In this document: positions 47,169 through 57,614 of the stretch, one piece after another | Layout of the letters: every line of letters starts with the position of its first letter | How positions within the stretch are numbered: position 1 is the first letter of the stretch | DNA from: Caecitellus pseudoparvulus | Lineage: Eukaryota; Protista; Bigyra: Bicosoecida | Direction: 5' to 3' | Length of the DNA stretch: 64,000 nt | Assembly: GCA_965644315.1 (NCBI GenBank) | Contig: CBFFRQ010000032.1 | Location: forward strand, 248,001 to 312,000 | Notes under the pieces: generated by a model | Database searches by the model: none | Seen by the model: only the letters and a program-made list of their open reading frames with translations | Told to the model about the DNA's origin: nothing | Position numbers and translations under genes: made by a program

Positions 47169-50100
47169 TCAAACTTCCCCCGTTAGTGCGAGGATCTCCT
47201 CTTCCAGGGCCTTGCGCTCCACTGCATCTTCCGCGCCCGCTCGATCCCATGTCAGGGAACCTGCTTTGAGAGGGGACGGTGCCACGATGCTTGGCGGAGC
47301 GGTGGAAGGGAGGAATGCTTGCGGACTGCCGCCTCTGCCCGGGGAGGAGGACCTGGAGGTCGGGCGAGAAGTGGGTTTGTGAGCGGATGTAGGAGCGCGG
47401 CGGCTCATCCGCTGCGTATGTACAGTCATAGCGTGCACAGTGTTCATGAGGAGCCCGTGCAAGTCGACCTCAGCTTGCAGCTGCTCATCATCCACACCCA
47501 TGCTAGCCCGAATGTGGTCAGCAAAAACTTCTTCCACCGCGTCCTGAACTTTTGTCAGTGTGCTGAGAATGGCAGCTGTATCGCTGTGCAGATCAGGGAG
47601 GCTGCTCAGGAGCTCGTGCCCAGGCGCTCGCTTCCCGGCCAGGGCAAGCTCGTGCGCCAGCGCAGCGCTTCCACGGATGAGGGAGCGGCGCTTGGTGGCC
47701 GCATCGAGTTGCCCGGCAATTTCTTGCAGCAGCCGCAAGCTGTGCTTTTCCACGGGGTGCAGTGGGCGCCCTGTGCCCTTCAAGAGGCGCTCAACTTGTC
47801 GTTTGACCGTGCCCTGCAGCACCATTGCCAGGACACTCAAACACTGCTGCTTGCTGGGCTCCGAGTCAAGCTTCAAGCCGGGCGGAGGCGTAGCTGGTCT
47901 CATGGCGAGGATGCGCTGCTGTGCAGTGGATCCTCGCGTTGGGAGCCGCCCATCGCGCTCTTGGGAGGCCTGCTGCGTAAGGCTCATCATCGCTTTCCCC
48001 AGTGGCGCGTGTGATGCTGGCGGCATGACAGGGGCGTTCAGGAGCGCGCTCTTCTCCTTTGGCGTCACAAACTTGGGTGTTTTGTCCCCCACAAGGGAGT
48101 GCAGACGCTGCAGCTCTGCGGCAGACATGCTCAGAGACATTTTGCGGGAGATGTTCAGCGCCTCTAGTGTACCAGCGGGTGACGGGCCATGGTCAGGTGA
48201 GCGCAGTGCCAGGTCTTGCTCAACCGGGAGGAACTGTCCGAGGGGATCATCGTACATGCTGGGTTTCCGGCCCTGCGGCCTTCCATCCCCATTGGCCCTG
48301 TTTATGCTCCCAGTGTGGGGGGGCGTGCTTCCTCCGTCGGAGACGGACAGCTTTCCTGGGCTCCCAAGTTGTGTAGTCTTCGTCATCGCTTCCATTGCGT
48401 CTCGCATGCGCTTGAGTTCAACCTCTTGTGCCTCCAAGCGGGACTCGTACCGTTGCAGGGCCAAGTCAGTCCCAGTCTCCCTTGGGGGAGACATGAACAT
48501 GGGGAGCGAGGGTGGCGACCCAGGTAATTGGCCCCCGCTGCCTTCGAGACCCTGTGCAACTAGCCGCATGCGTTGTCGGATGCTCCGCTCGGCTGCCGCG
48601 TCATGAACGTCCACCGGCCCGTGGCTGTCTCCACGTGCGCTGATCAACTGAGCTAGGGCGGCTTTCAAAGAAACCAGCTGCTTGGCCAGCAAGTACGCCG
48701 CATCTGTCGAATTGGGAGTCATTTCAGGCACTGCCGCTCCTTTTGGCGCTTCAGGTTGATCGAGCTGTACCCCGCTCCCTGGCCCACTGGCCACTTCACT
48801 GCGAGCAGACTCGTGTGCGGCCATCTGCTCAGCAATCGCTTGAAGTTGTTGCTGCATCTTGGTCTGCTTTGCGTCCAAGTTTCGCAGCACTGCCTCTGCT
48901 TCGCTCCGATGCCGCTTGATCGCCGCCTCGTGCTTCTCTGCCGCGAGCTGCGCTTCTTTCTTCAGCTTCAGCTCCTGCTGCGCAGCCTCCGCCTTGGCAG
49001 CCTCCCTCGCAGCTTCAGCACGTGCAAGTGCTTCATGCATGCGTTCACGAGCTTCTGCCATACGCTGCAACATGCTTTGATGCTGTGTCAAGGCAGCATC
49101 AGCAAGTGTCTGCCTGCTCCTGCCCAGCTCTTCCAGCGATCGCTTGGCTGCTTCTGATGCCTCCTCTGCTTGGAGGCTGATCTCGGCAGCGGCCTTGAAG
49201 TGGCGTTCAGCTTCTTCATGGTGTGGAGAGGAACCACCTTGGCCATAGACACTCTTCGAAGGAGGCTGTATGAGGCCAACAGGTGCTGGGAGGGCTCCAC
49301 CCTTCGCAGGAGGCGACAGCATCTGCACAGCACCGGGGGCTTCCGCGATGGCTGGCTTTGGGGGTCGCTGCTCTGACGATGGTGCACTTTCGGCTCCACC
49401 AACTTTGATTTGTGGCTGCACCGGGACGCGTTTGGTGGGCTTCACACATGCTTCGGGGCTGAAGGCGCTCGTGGTCTCCCTCTCAGCCGCAGTTACTGGC
49501 TGAGGTGGCACCTTTGGAGGTGTTGTACCATCTGCACTTGAAGGCGGCTTGACTGTCCCACTCTTTGCACTAGGTTGGGTGAGGCGAGCGTCATCCTTTT
49601 CTGGCGACTCTGCTTCGGATCCTGCCTTTTGCGCTTTCGGCTGCTTCGAGTCAGTTTTGGGGCTCGAAGCTGGTGCCTTGCCACCCCTCTTCGCGGATGG
49701 TGCCTCTATAGGGGTCTTTCCTTTTTCTTTCTTTTTCAAGATTTTGGCTTTCGTTGCCGTGGTTGGTTGATGCTGTGAAAGGTTGCCGCCCTTGGGTCTG
49801 GAAATACCTGCGGCTGGCTTTGCGTTGGAGGGTATCTGCTGTGCGCCGCCTGGAACTGTTTTTGGCTTGGCGCCCCCCTTTGACTTGCTCGGCGACTTTT
49901 GCAGCTCCTTTGACTTGGAGTCGTCACTCTCGACTGCTGTGTTTGACTTTTCTTTTGACTTGATGCCGATCTGGCTGCTCGGTCGATCCCCTCCTTTGGA
50001 AGAAGCTTTCGTGTCCTCAGCGTCTGCGGCTTTACTTGCTCCAGCTGAAGGCTGAGTCTTTGTGTCTCTTTCCTGCCTCTCATCAGGCTCTTCTTCAATA

Positions 50101-51227
50101 CGAGAGAGTGGTGCTGCTTTTGGTGACGCAGTTGGTGAAGACTTGTCCGCAGAAGAGCGTACTTCCTTCTCAGGCTCAGCGATCTTGGGTTCTGGTTGCA
50201 CTTTCGCAGGCTCAGAGTGGGATTTTGCAGGCTCTGCTCCGGCAGAGCCTTGCTTTGCTTCAGGTGCCGCTGCCTTGTTCTGTTTGAATGGGATTGGGTG
50301 AGCCAATTTTGCTGCAAGGCTAGCCATTCCAGAGCTGGACACGCTGCCAGGTCCAAGATTCTGCTTGGAGTCCAAACCCTCTTCCACTGCTGCTCCTTTC
50401 GCCATGACTGCACTTGGTGGTGGTGGCGACGAGCTAGGCGAGGGGATGCTTTTTGTGGGGGCGCCAGGCGGTGGCGGCGCGGCTGTGCTGGCTCGGCGTG
50501 TGCCACCTGGACTGCTGGCGCGGCTGCCAGTGGGGGCGCCAGGCGGTGGCGGCGCGGCTGTGCTGGCTCGGCGGGTGCCACCTGGACTGCTGGCGCGGCT
50601 GCCAGTGGGGGCGCCAGGCGGTGGCGGCGCGGCTGTGCTGGCTCGGCGGGTGCCACCTGGGCTGCTGGCGCGGCTGCCAGTGGGGGCGCCAGGCGGTGGC
50701 GGCGCGGCGGTGCTGGCTCGGCGGGTGCCACCTGGGCTGCTGGCGCGGCTGCCAGTGGGGGCGCCAGGCGGTGGCGGCGCGGCTGTGCTGGCTCGGCGGG
50801 TGCCACCTGGACTGCTGGCGCGGCTGCCAGTGGGGACGCCAGGCGGGGGCGGCGCGGCTGTGCTGGCTCGGCGGGTGCCACCTGGACTGCTGGCGCGGCT
50901 GCCAGTGGGGACGCCAGGCGGGGGCGGCGGCGGTTTGGATCCAGCCATGGACGCCCGCTTCAGTGGCTGCGGGACACTGCTTCGTCCAGGTGGTGGAGGA
51001 GGGGGAGACAAACTCGCGCTTGCTCTCCTGCTAGGCCCAGCCTTTGCCTTTGGTCCGGGAGGCAAAGTCATTGGGCGCGGGGGCACACCTGGCTTCGGCG
51101 GCACACCTGGCTTCGGCGGCACACCTGGCTTCGGCGGCACACCTGGCTTCGGCGGCACTGGCCCAGGCTTGGAGGCAGGAGGAACGTGAGATCGAGCACC
51201 AGGGGGTGGAGGCTTTGGAGCTGACAT
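47169..51227 (-). CDS. Large proline-rich tandem-repeat and coiled-coil protein
   Basis: Uninterrupted ORF (track 47169..51296; likely ATG 51227, MSAPKPPPPG) with PPKPGV repeats, 25-aa repeats, a Lys/Ser-rich linker and a coiled coil. Confidence 0.75.
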   Translation of the reverse strand: MSAPKPPPPGARSHVPPASKPGPVPPKPGVPPKPGVPPKPGVPPKPGVPPRPMTLPPGPKAKAGPSRRASASLSPPPPPPGRSSVPQPLKRASMAGSKPPPPPPGVPTGSRASSPGGTRRASTAAPPPPGVPTGSRASSPGGTRRASTAAPPPPGAPTGSRASSPGGTRRASTAAPPPPGAPTGSRASSPGGTRRASTAAPPPPGAPTGSRASSPGGTRRASTAAPPPPGAPTGSRASSPGGTRRASTAAPPPPGAPTKSIPSPSSSPPPPSAVMAKGAAVEEGLDSKQNLGPGSVSSSGMASLAAKLAHPIPFKQNKAAAPEAKQGSAGAEPAKSHSEPAKVQPEPKIAEPEKEVRSSADKSSPTASPKAAPLSRIEEEPDERQERDTKTQPSAGASKAADAEDTKASSKGGDRPSSQIGIKSKEKSNTAVESDDSKSKELQKSPSKSKGGAKPKTVPGGAQQIPSNAKPAAGISRPKGGNLSQHQPTTATKAKILKKKEKGKTPIEAPSAKRGGKAPASSPKTDSKQPKAQKAGSEAESPEKDDARLTQPSAKSGTVKPPSSADGTTPPKVPPQPVTAAERETTSAFSPEACVKPTKRVPVQPQIKVGGAESAPSSEQRPPKPAIAEAPGAVQMLSPPAKGGALPAPVGLIQPPSKSVYGQGGSSPHHEEAERHFKAAAEISLQAEEASEAAKRSLEELGRSRQTLADAALTQHQSMLQRMAEARERMHEALARAEAAREAAKAEAAQQELKLKKEAQLAAEKHEAAIKRHRSEAEAVLRNLDAKQTKMQQQLQAIAEQMAAHESARSEVASGPGSGVQLDQPEAPKGAAVPEMTPNSTDAAYLLAKQLVSLKAALAQLISARGDSHGPVDVHDAAAERSIRQRMRLVAQGLEGSGGQLPGSPPSLPMFMSPPRETGTDLALQRYESRLEAQEVELKRMRDAMEAMTKTTQLGSPGKLSVSDGGSTPPHTGSINRANGDGRPQGRKPSMYDDPLGQFLPVEQDLALRSPDHGPSPAGTLEALNISRKMSLSMSAAELQRLHSLVGDKTPKFVTPKEKSALLNAPVMPPASHAPLGKAMMSLTQQASQERDGRLPTRGSTAQQRILAMRPATPPPGLKLDSEPSKQQCLSVLAMVLQGTVKRQVERLLKGTGRPLHPVEKHSLRLLQEIAGQLDAATKRRSLIRGSAALAHELALAGKRAPGHELLSSLPDLHSDTAAILSTLTKVQDAVEEVFADHIRASMGVDDEQLQAEVDLHGLLMNTVHAMTVHTQRMSRRAPTSAHKPTSRPTSRSSSPGRGGSPQAFLPSTAPPSIVAPSPLKAGSLTWDRAGAEDAVERKALEEEILALTGEV
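50455..50933. repeat. Coding minisatellite: 75-bp unit, 6 full copies plus a partial copy
   Basis: Units start at 50455, 50530, 50605, 50680, 50755, 50830 and 50905. The minus strand encodes PPPPG(A/V)PTGSRASSPGGTRRASTAA. Confidence 0.95.
51082..51158. repeat. Coding 18-bp tandem repeat, 4 copies (ggcacacctggcttcggc)
   Basis: Exact copies; the minus strand encodes PPKPGV repeats. Confidence 0.95.
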
Positions 51228-51832
51228 GTTGTCTATTCTAGACCGGGTTTTGGGGGTACTGCGTAGATCTTGTGGCAGCTTATTGCCGTGAGTCAACGCT
51301 GTCCAATTTCCGCGTTCTCAATGCAAAGGAACGGAGCTCTAGGGGTCTGATTCGATGTCCTGATGCAAACTTTGGCCCTTTGTCTTGACTCTGTCTCTGG
51401 ACGATGTGAGCTTGGTGAGAGTATCCGGCGTTGGTTGTGTGTAGCAGTACGCTTGGGTAGGTTTCTTCAGGCTGCCAGCGCGGGGTGGAAGCAGAGGCAC
51501 GCAACCAAGCGCAAGGGCAGGATAAGGACTACACCGACAGGACATTCGCAGCAGAAATATCGTTGCTGATTTTGAACTGTTCAATTTGGTGTCTGGAGCT
51601 GCGAGTGTCAGCAGCGGGTTCACATTCCGCCTGCCCCGAATTCCACTTGAATGGTAAGCAACACATCTCATTGACACACGACCATTTCCCCATCTGTCGA
51701 CCAAGGCTGAGAGCCCTCTCTGCCTTTGCAAGTGTCAAGGCGCAGGCCCCGCCTTGCTCGCTTTCCCACCCTGCCGTGGTTCCCTGGATTTCGTGTGACC
51801 TGCTCTAGAATTGCTGCCACTGCCCCAGCATC

Positions 51833-54808
51833 ATGGAGGAGAAAAAAACACCAGCTCCCGCTGACTTTAAGTCGCTGCCACAGGCGCTTGGGGGGGCTAC
51901 GGCAGACACTCAAGCTGCGGCTTTTGAGTCAGGCGCTGCCAACGGCAGACCATTTCAGCCGCCGCTTCAAGACTTGTCAATCATGAGCAGCATTCAAGGA
52001 TATGAATCCGAAGATGATCATGAGTTGTCTGAGGTCTCTGAGCACTTGAATGGGGGAGTTGGCGAGGCAAGCTCCCCTCCAACCGTACCGCCCGAGCGCC
52101 TGCAGCCAGCTGTGGAAAGCCCGCAGATTGAGACTGTAGCAGAAGCCAGCCATGCCGGGAGACCTCCAAGGGAAGTGGAAGACACATTGCCTGGTGCAGC
52201 ATCAAGGGTTGTGGAGCATCAGCGTACCTCAGGCTCGGCACATGACGTCCTCACAGCGCGTGACGCTAATGCGCCACCTTCACGTGGTGGTGCCTGCGAA
52301 CTTGCAACGGTAGCCGGGACACAGGTGCTGCCAGGGCAGCCAAGCAGCATGTCCCGGGAAGCATACCTGAAAGCAGCAAGCTGGAGATCAGCTGTGGCTG
52401 ATGACGGGCGGCTGTACTACTACCATCGAGCGGTGAGGACCTCTTTGTGGGAGTTGCCAGATGGCGTAGACCCTGCTTTGGTCAAGCACAAAGGCGTGTC
52501 GTCGCAGACCGTACATGCCAAGCCAGAGAAACTCGCACGCAACCTTGTCGGTGAATTGACAGCCGCCATGGACTCAGCAGCGCCTTCCTTGCCCTCTGCG
52601 TCCACGGCACCCTCCACAACGTCCACCATGCCCTCCTCTGCCGCACACACTACACCCACCCCTGCACCCCTTGCTGCACCTGGGCCACAGCGGGACTCTG
52701 CCACAAGCTCTGACAAAAGGCCGCTGGAGCCTGGTGCTCACTTTCAGCACGGGTCTCGGGTGCCTGCTGCAGGTGACACTGAAAGCGCAGGTGAAGGGGA
52801 GGGCACCAGCCGGGCGGTGCGCACCCTGCCAAAGCGCAGCAACGCACTGCGCAAGCGGTTCTTCACTCCTGCAGTCACCGCGCCCTCCACTGACTCCAAG
52901 ACCCATGGCAAGTCCGGAGGGACTGTGGAGTGGGTGGCTGGGGCTTCATCGAATGTCACACCTGCAACGAACCCTTCTCCAGCCCCGACTGCTGCCGACG
53001 CGCACAGCCATGGGCGGCTGTCTGCCGCGGTGGAAGGGGTGGAAGCAGCCCGCAAGCCTTGCCCAGACTGCGGCCGTAGGTTTGCTCCGGGCGCGCTGGA
53101 GGTCCACGTGCGGGTTTGTGCACGCGTGTTTGGGCAAACCCCTGCCCGCTTTGATTCAAAGCAGGCAAGGGTTCGAGGCACACCCGCTGCCAAGTTCCAC
53201 GATGCAGCACCTCCTTGCCCTCATTGTGACAAGCGCTTCAGCCATCGGGCGGATCTCTTGCACCATGTCAAGATTTGCCCTAGCAAGGGTGCGAGCGATA
53301 CAGAAAAGCATGGGTCGGGGGCCTCACAGCCGTTCAGCCGCACTGCCTCCCGCTTGTCATCCAGAGCCGCAGCCAAGGCGAAGTTTATGTTCTCTGCCCG
53401 GGGTAAGCGCCGTGCTGCGTCTGCTATTGGGCGCTCGCGCCGGGAGTCTCCTTCTCCCACACGAACCCTGGACTCAGCGCCTGCTGGAGCTCAAGCCGAT
53501 GAGGGCGAGTTTGCGCCACCACAAGGCAGTGACTCGGATGGGCCCCTGCCAAGCCCAGTCGCAGCACAGGCCAAGGTTGGGGATCAAAGTGAAGAGCAGC
53601 ACCCTTTATCTGCTGCCGCACCTGCTACGGCTTCGTCCGTGCAGGATACTGTGAAAGCTGAGGAGCCTGTTCCCGACTTTGCTGTGCTACAGCAGCCTGC
53701 CCGGATGCAGCCCGGGCAGTCTGCGCGAGCCATCACTGCGGCTGACACGGCGGCCATTGTGAGCGAGGCCCCTGTAGCGTGCGTCAGTTGCGGGATGGAG
53801 TTCCAGGGCACCGCCCAGCTGTGCAGCCATCTTGCCAAGTGCGAGGCGTGGGCGCAGGCCCGTGCTGGTGCAAGCGCCCGCTCATCTGCGCCTCATGACT
53901 GTGACACTGTGCTATCACGCGCAGACAGTAGCCACCAGCCCAGCAAAGCTACCATGGAAACACCGGGGCCCAGTTCATCCAGAGGCGTTTCCGAGCCAGG
54001 CTCGGGCACCACTCCCGCAAGCGGGCTGCTTAGCGGCAGGAGCCAGCAAGAAGAGCCGCCAAGTGGATGGCAGGGTGCGCTGTCTCGGGGAACCGCAGCA
54101 ACGCCTGTGTCTGTGCTGGACTCGTCATTCGCCAAAGTGGGCAGTGCGGCCGATGAGGTGGAGGGCATGGAGTTCCCCTCCAGTCGAACTCTGCACTCGG
54201 ACACCACCCCCATCCAGCGAGGGGAACCAGCGCAGGAGTGGGGCAGTGCTGAAATCTCCCAGCCACAACAGCGCGTCCCTTGCCCGCATTGTTCCCGGCA
54301 GTTTGCCCCGGAGGTCGCTCCGCGGCACATCTTCGTCTGTGCCAAGGTCATGCACAGGCCGGATCCACCGAGCGCTCGAGCCCGGCGGGAGCCCACCGGC
54401 ACGGACACACAAGTGCAGGCTGACCAAGCTGAGAGCGGGGTACCCATGCCTAGCTCAGATGACGAGGCTGCCGCAGTGGCGCTTAGCACCTCCCTTCTGC
54501 ACGGGCGCCCAATCACTCCTCCCCGACCCACGTCCACTGGCGACACAGGTGCTTCTGTACACGCACGCCTGGCAGCTGGACGCGGCACACCCATGTCAGA
54601 GCGCCTGCGGAAAAGGGAGGCCTACTCTGGTGTACTGGATGGGGTAGGCACGCCGTCTGGCTTTCATGGAGCAGCGGTGTCGGACACGCCAGCCTCGTAC
54701 TACATGCCTACACCATTTGACAAGCACCCCACCTTTACTCCGGAGCGCATGGCTTCCTTTCAGATGCACGAAGCAGCAGCTGCTGAGCTTGTGCCTGAGA
54801 CACCATGA
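51833..54808 (+). CDS. WW domain + multiple C2HC zinc-finger protein (ZC2HC1-like fingers)
   Basis: WW: WRSAVADDGRLYYYHRAVRTSLWELP. Fingers: CPDCGRRF...HVRVC, CPHCDKRF...HVKIC, CVSC...HLAKC and CPHCSRQF...HIFVC. Confidence 0.85.
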   Translation: MEEKKTPAPADFKSLPQALGGATADTQAAAFESGAANGRPFQPPLQDLSIMSSIQGYESEDDHELSEVSEHLNGGVGEASSPPTVPPERLQPAVESPQIETVAEASHAGRPPREVEDTLPGAASRVVEHQRTSGSAHDVLTARDANAPPSRGGACELATVAGTQVLPGQPSSMSREAYLKAASWRSAVADDGRLYYYHRAVRTSLWELPDGVDPALVKHKGVSSQTVHAKPEKLARNLVGELTAAMDSAAPSLPSASTAPSTTSTMPSSAAHTTPTPAPLAAPGPQRDSATSSDKRPLEPGAHFQHGSRVPAAGDTESAGEGEGTSRAVRTLPKRSNALRKRFFTPAVTAPSTDSKTHGKSGGTVEWVAGASSNVTPATNPSPAPTAADAHSHGRLSAAVEGVEAARKPCPDCGRRFAPGALEVHVRVCARVFGQTPARFDSKQARVRGTPAAKFHDAAPPCPHCDKRFSHRADLLHHVKICPSKGASDTEKHGSGASQPFSRTASRLSSRAAAKAKFMFSARGKRRAASAIGRSRRESPSPTRTLDSAPAGAQADEGEFAPPQGSDSDGPLPSPVAAQAKVGDQSEEQHPLSAAAPATASSVQDTVKAEEPVPDFAVLQQPARMQPGQSARAITAADTAAIVSEAPVACVSCGMEFQGTAQLCSHLAKCEAWAQARAGASARSSAPHDCDTVLSRADSSHQPSKATMETPGPSSSRGVSEPGSGTTPASGLLSGRSQQEEPPSGWQGALSRGTAATPVSVLDSSFAKVGSAADEVEGMEFPSSRTLHSDTTPIQRGEPAQEWGSAEISQPQQRVPCPHCSRQFAPEVAPRHIFVCAKVMHRPDPPSARARREPTGTDTQVQADQAESGVPMPSSDDEAAAVALSTSLLHGRPITPPRPTSTGDTGASVHARLAAGRGTPMSERLRKREAYSGVLDGVGTPSGFHGAAVSDTPASYYMPTPFDKHPTFTPERMASFQMHEAAAAELVPETP

Positions 54809-54914
54809 CGTGCGCGGAAGCGCTCATGTAATGCAGCAAAGATGCACATTCCCAGCCTCGGGTACATTTGAAAAGTCACACACACGTCCCCGTCTAGTGC
54901 AGGGAACGAGAATC

Positions 54915-57596
54915 ATGGCTGCTCCAGAGAAGAGACCTTTGTCCGAGGCGGCGAAGGCCGCCTCCAGGCAAGCTGCAGAGGCTCGTTTGCAGCTGGAGGC
55001 ACACGTGAAGAAGCTGAGCCAGACCTTGGCCGAAGGTTGCCCTGCGTCCCAGCAATCTCTGGTCGAGGCTGGCAGGTGGTTGAGTCCTTCCCAAATGGGA
55101 GCTGTAATCGGCGACCGTGCTTCCACTGCAAATCTGTGCGGCTATCCCGGCTGTGGGCGTGTGTTGCCGGGGTCAAGGGCACGGAGGTGGGTGCTTCCAG
55201 TTTCCGCACTTTTGCTTGTCGAGCCCGGCATGCCCCCGCGCTGTACACCTGTGCAGGTGGAAGCTCACACGCGGGTCTGTGTCCCAAGTCGAAGATGTGG
55301 TGAAGCACCCAGACGTGTTTTGCCGTAAAGCATGCCAGACGGTGAGTGGGAACGCGTGTGCTTGGGGGTGGACTGGACGCAGCGAACGTGCGAGCTCCCT
55401 GTGCAGGCTTGCGGCTTTTTTTGTGCCCAGCTGTCAAGCATGGCCTACTTCCTGAGACAGAGCCCCGCAGATCACCCTGTTGTGCGATTGGCCAACCCCG
55501 ACAAGCTTGATGCTGGCATGTCAGCAGCTTCTTCCTTGGCGCCGGCTCGGTCTCTGCCGGCGGAGCCGCCTCACCCAGGCGCACCTGCTGGCCCCATGCC
55601 TGTTCAAGAAAAACAAGCAGCTGTGGGAGCCTTGCAGCCTGTGTCTCCTCATGGGCACATGCTGGTGGAGGGCGCCACCACTGGCTTGCGGCAAGGGGCA
55701 GTTCAAACTACGCGGCGCACTGCCCGCTCTGAGGCAGAATGCTCCTCGGGACCAGGCTTGCAGGGCAGTGCCCCGGCGGAATCGGGGCGATTCCTGAACC
55801 TTTCTGCAGCCCGAGATAAACGCAAAAAGGCCACGCAGGCCCGCTTAGCTGGCCGCCGGCTGGAGAAAGTTCAGCACTCGCCCAAGCGTGCATCGAGCGA
55901 CGCCGGTGGAGGGGCTGCCCCACCCCAAAGCTCAGAGGAGCACATCAAGCGAATCGCTCATGCTGCTTTGGCCAGTCTGGATGGAGTCGAACAAGATCTC
56001 CGCCGACGTGCTGCGGCTCGGCAAGCGTCCCGGCAAGGGGGCAGGCAAGGCGCGTACCAGGTGCCAGCGATCAAGCCCAGGCGCCGACCCCGCGCCCAGA
56101 CCCAAGAGGCAACGCAGCACGACGAGCGGGCTCTGGAGGCTGCTTCTGATGCACCTGCACATATTTCAGTACCTTCGGCAGGCGGCGTGCTTGCAGCTGA
56201 TGGCAGTGCCTCAGTGCAGGTGGCAGCCTTGGGCCCGAAAGCTGAATCAGCTGCGGACAGCAGCCCCCCACCAGCTGCAACCAATGGTGACAGCGCCAAG
56301 GGTCCGTTGGAGGCGCCGCCTTTCGACAGCTCGCCCAGAGAAGTGTTGCCTTGCTCTTCTGTACCTGATGCAGCAGAAGGAGGAGCTGTTGTTGCGGCTA
56401 CGGGCCAAGTGGCGGGGTCGAAGCTCACAGATGCAGCGGTAACAAGTAAAGAAGGCGACACTGCTTCGCGCCCCAAGCCTCCGGCGCTCCCAGAGGGCTA
56501 TCGGCTGATACGCATGGGTGACACGAGTGTGCAGTTTGGATGGAGCCCGTTTATGGAGGGCAGCGATGCTTCTGACGACTCAGATTCTGGGTCTGATGCC
56601 GAGGAAGCTTTCGTGCTACCGTTGCCAGAGGGTGTGGAAGTATTGTCCAGGGAGCCTGCAGAGCCACATGATGAGGCAGGGGGGGCACTGGAGAGTAAGG
56701 AGCCTGAAGGGGGGCAGGTTGTTGCGCTGATTGCATCCCCACACGTTGCTGAGGGGGAGCTGGACAATGAGCCGCCGCTGACTCTGGAGGCCATGGGGTG
56801 CGATGTGTACAGCAAGGCGTGGGACATCCTGTCGAGCAGTGTGACTCCGCGTACCCATGCCGCGTTTGGTTTCGCTGTGCCTCAGACGGCGGCCTCAGCG
56901 CAAGATTCCTCGGCCGCAGGGCGGTCTGCAGACGAGGACGGCGTCCAGGCAACAACGCCTGATCAGGGCACATCCGTGCTCTTGCAGCACATTATGGCGG
57001 CTTTGCAGCAGCTACAGAGCTCTCCCCATGCGAGGAGTCTGCCGTGGTTGGCAGGAAAGGCAGCACAGCGCTTTGCGCACTCCGTGGCACTGACCCTGCG
57101 CCCTCTGCGTGCGGTGCCAAGTGTGACACATGGCGTTTGGAAGGCCATTGCTCTGGCCATCGTCGTGAGCCAGCCACGCGGCAGTGCTACCGAGTCGGCC
57201 CCAACACTCCCTGAAGCTATGTCTGCGGTTTTGGAGTCTGTGCACAGCACGTTTAGCTTGCAGCAGCTGAAGCTGCTCAGTGGTACCGTCGCAGCAGGCG
57301 TGCGTTTCATGAGTGAACCCTTGGCGCAAGGTGCGCTTCACCGCAATCTCGGCTTGACTCCTGGGGCGGGCCTGTCGCCAGCACCCGCCCAGGGCCAAGC
57401 GGGCGCGATGGGCAGCCAAACTCCAGGGGAAATTGGGGTGTGTGAGAGCACAGGGTCAGCTGCAGCTCGTGGAATGTCACGTGCAGAGTTCCAAGCCTTA
57501 TCCCCCGCAGAGCAGGAGGAAGAGACCCTGCAGCGCATGGCAGAGGCAAGGCGGTCCCTGGAGCTGCAACGCAGACACACTGGCACGGCACAGTGA
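54915..57596 (+). CDS. RPAP2: RNA polymerase II-associated protein 2 / Rtr1-like protein (3 exons)
   Basis: LSPSQMGAVIGDRASTANLCGYPGC ... FCRKAC..SSMAYFLRQ is the Rtr1 zinc-finger signature, split by two GT-AG introns. A C-terminal helical region follows (YSKAWDILSSSVTPRT). Confidence 0.78.
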
Positions 57597-57614
57597 GACC
57601 ATCCTTGCATGCAT

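Noticed and set aside
49500-50400. Locally lower GC and T-rich + strand suggesting foreign DNA
   Set aside because: Explained by Lys/Glu/Ser-rich codons of the minus-strand ORF, which is continuous through the region.
50455-50933. CRISPR-like appearance of the regular repeat array
   Set aside because: Units are contiguous with no unique spacers, their length is a multiple of three, they lie inside an ORF, and there are no cas genes.
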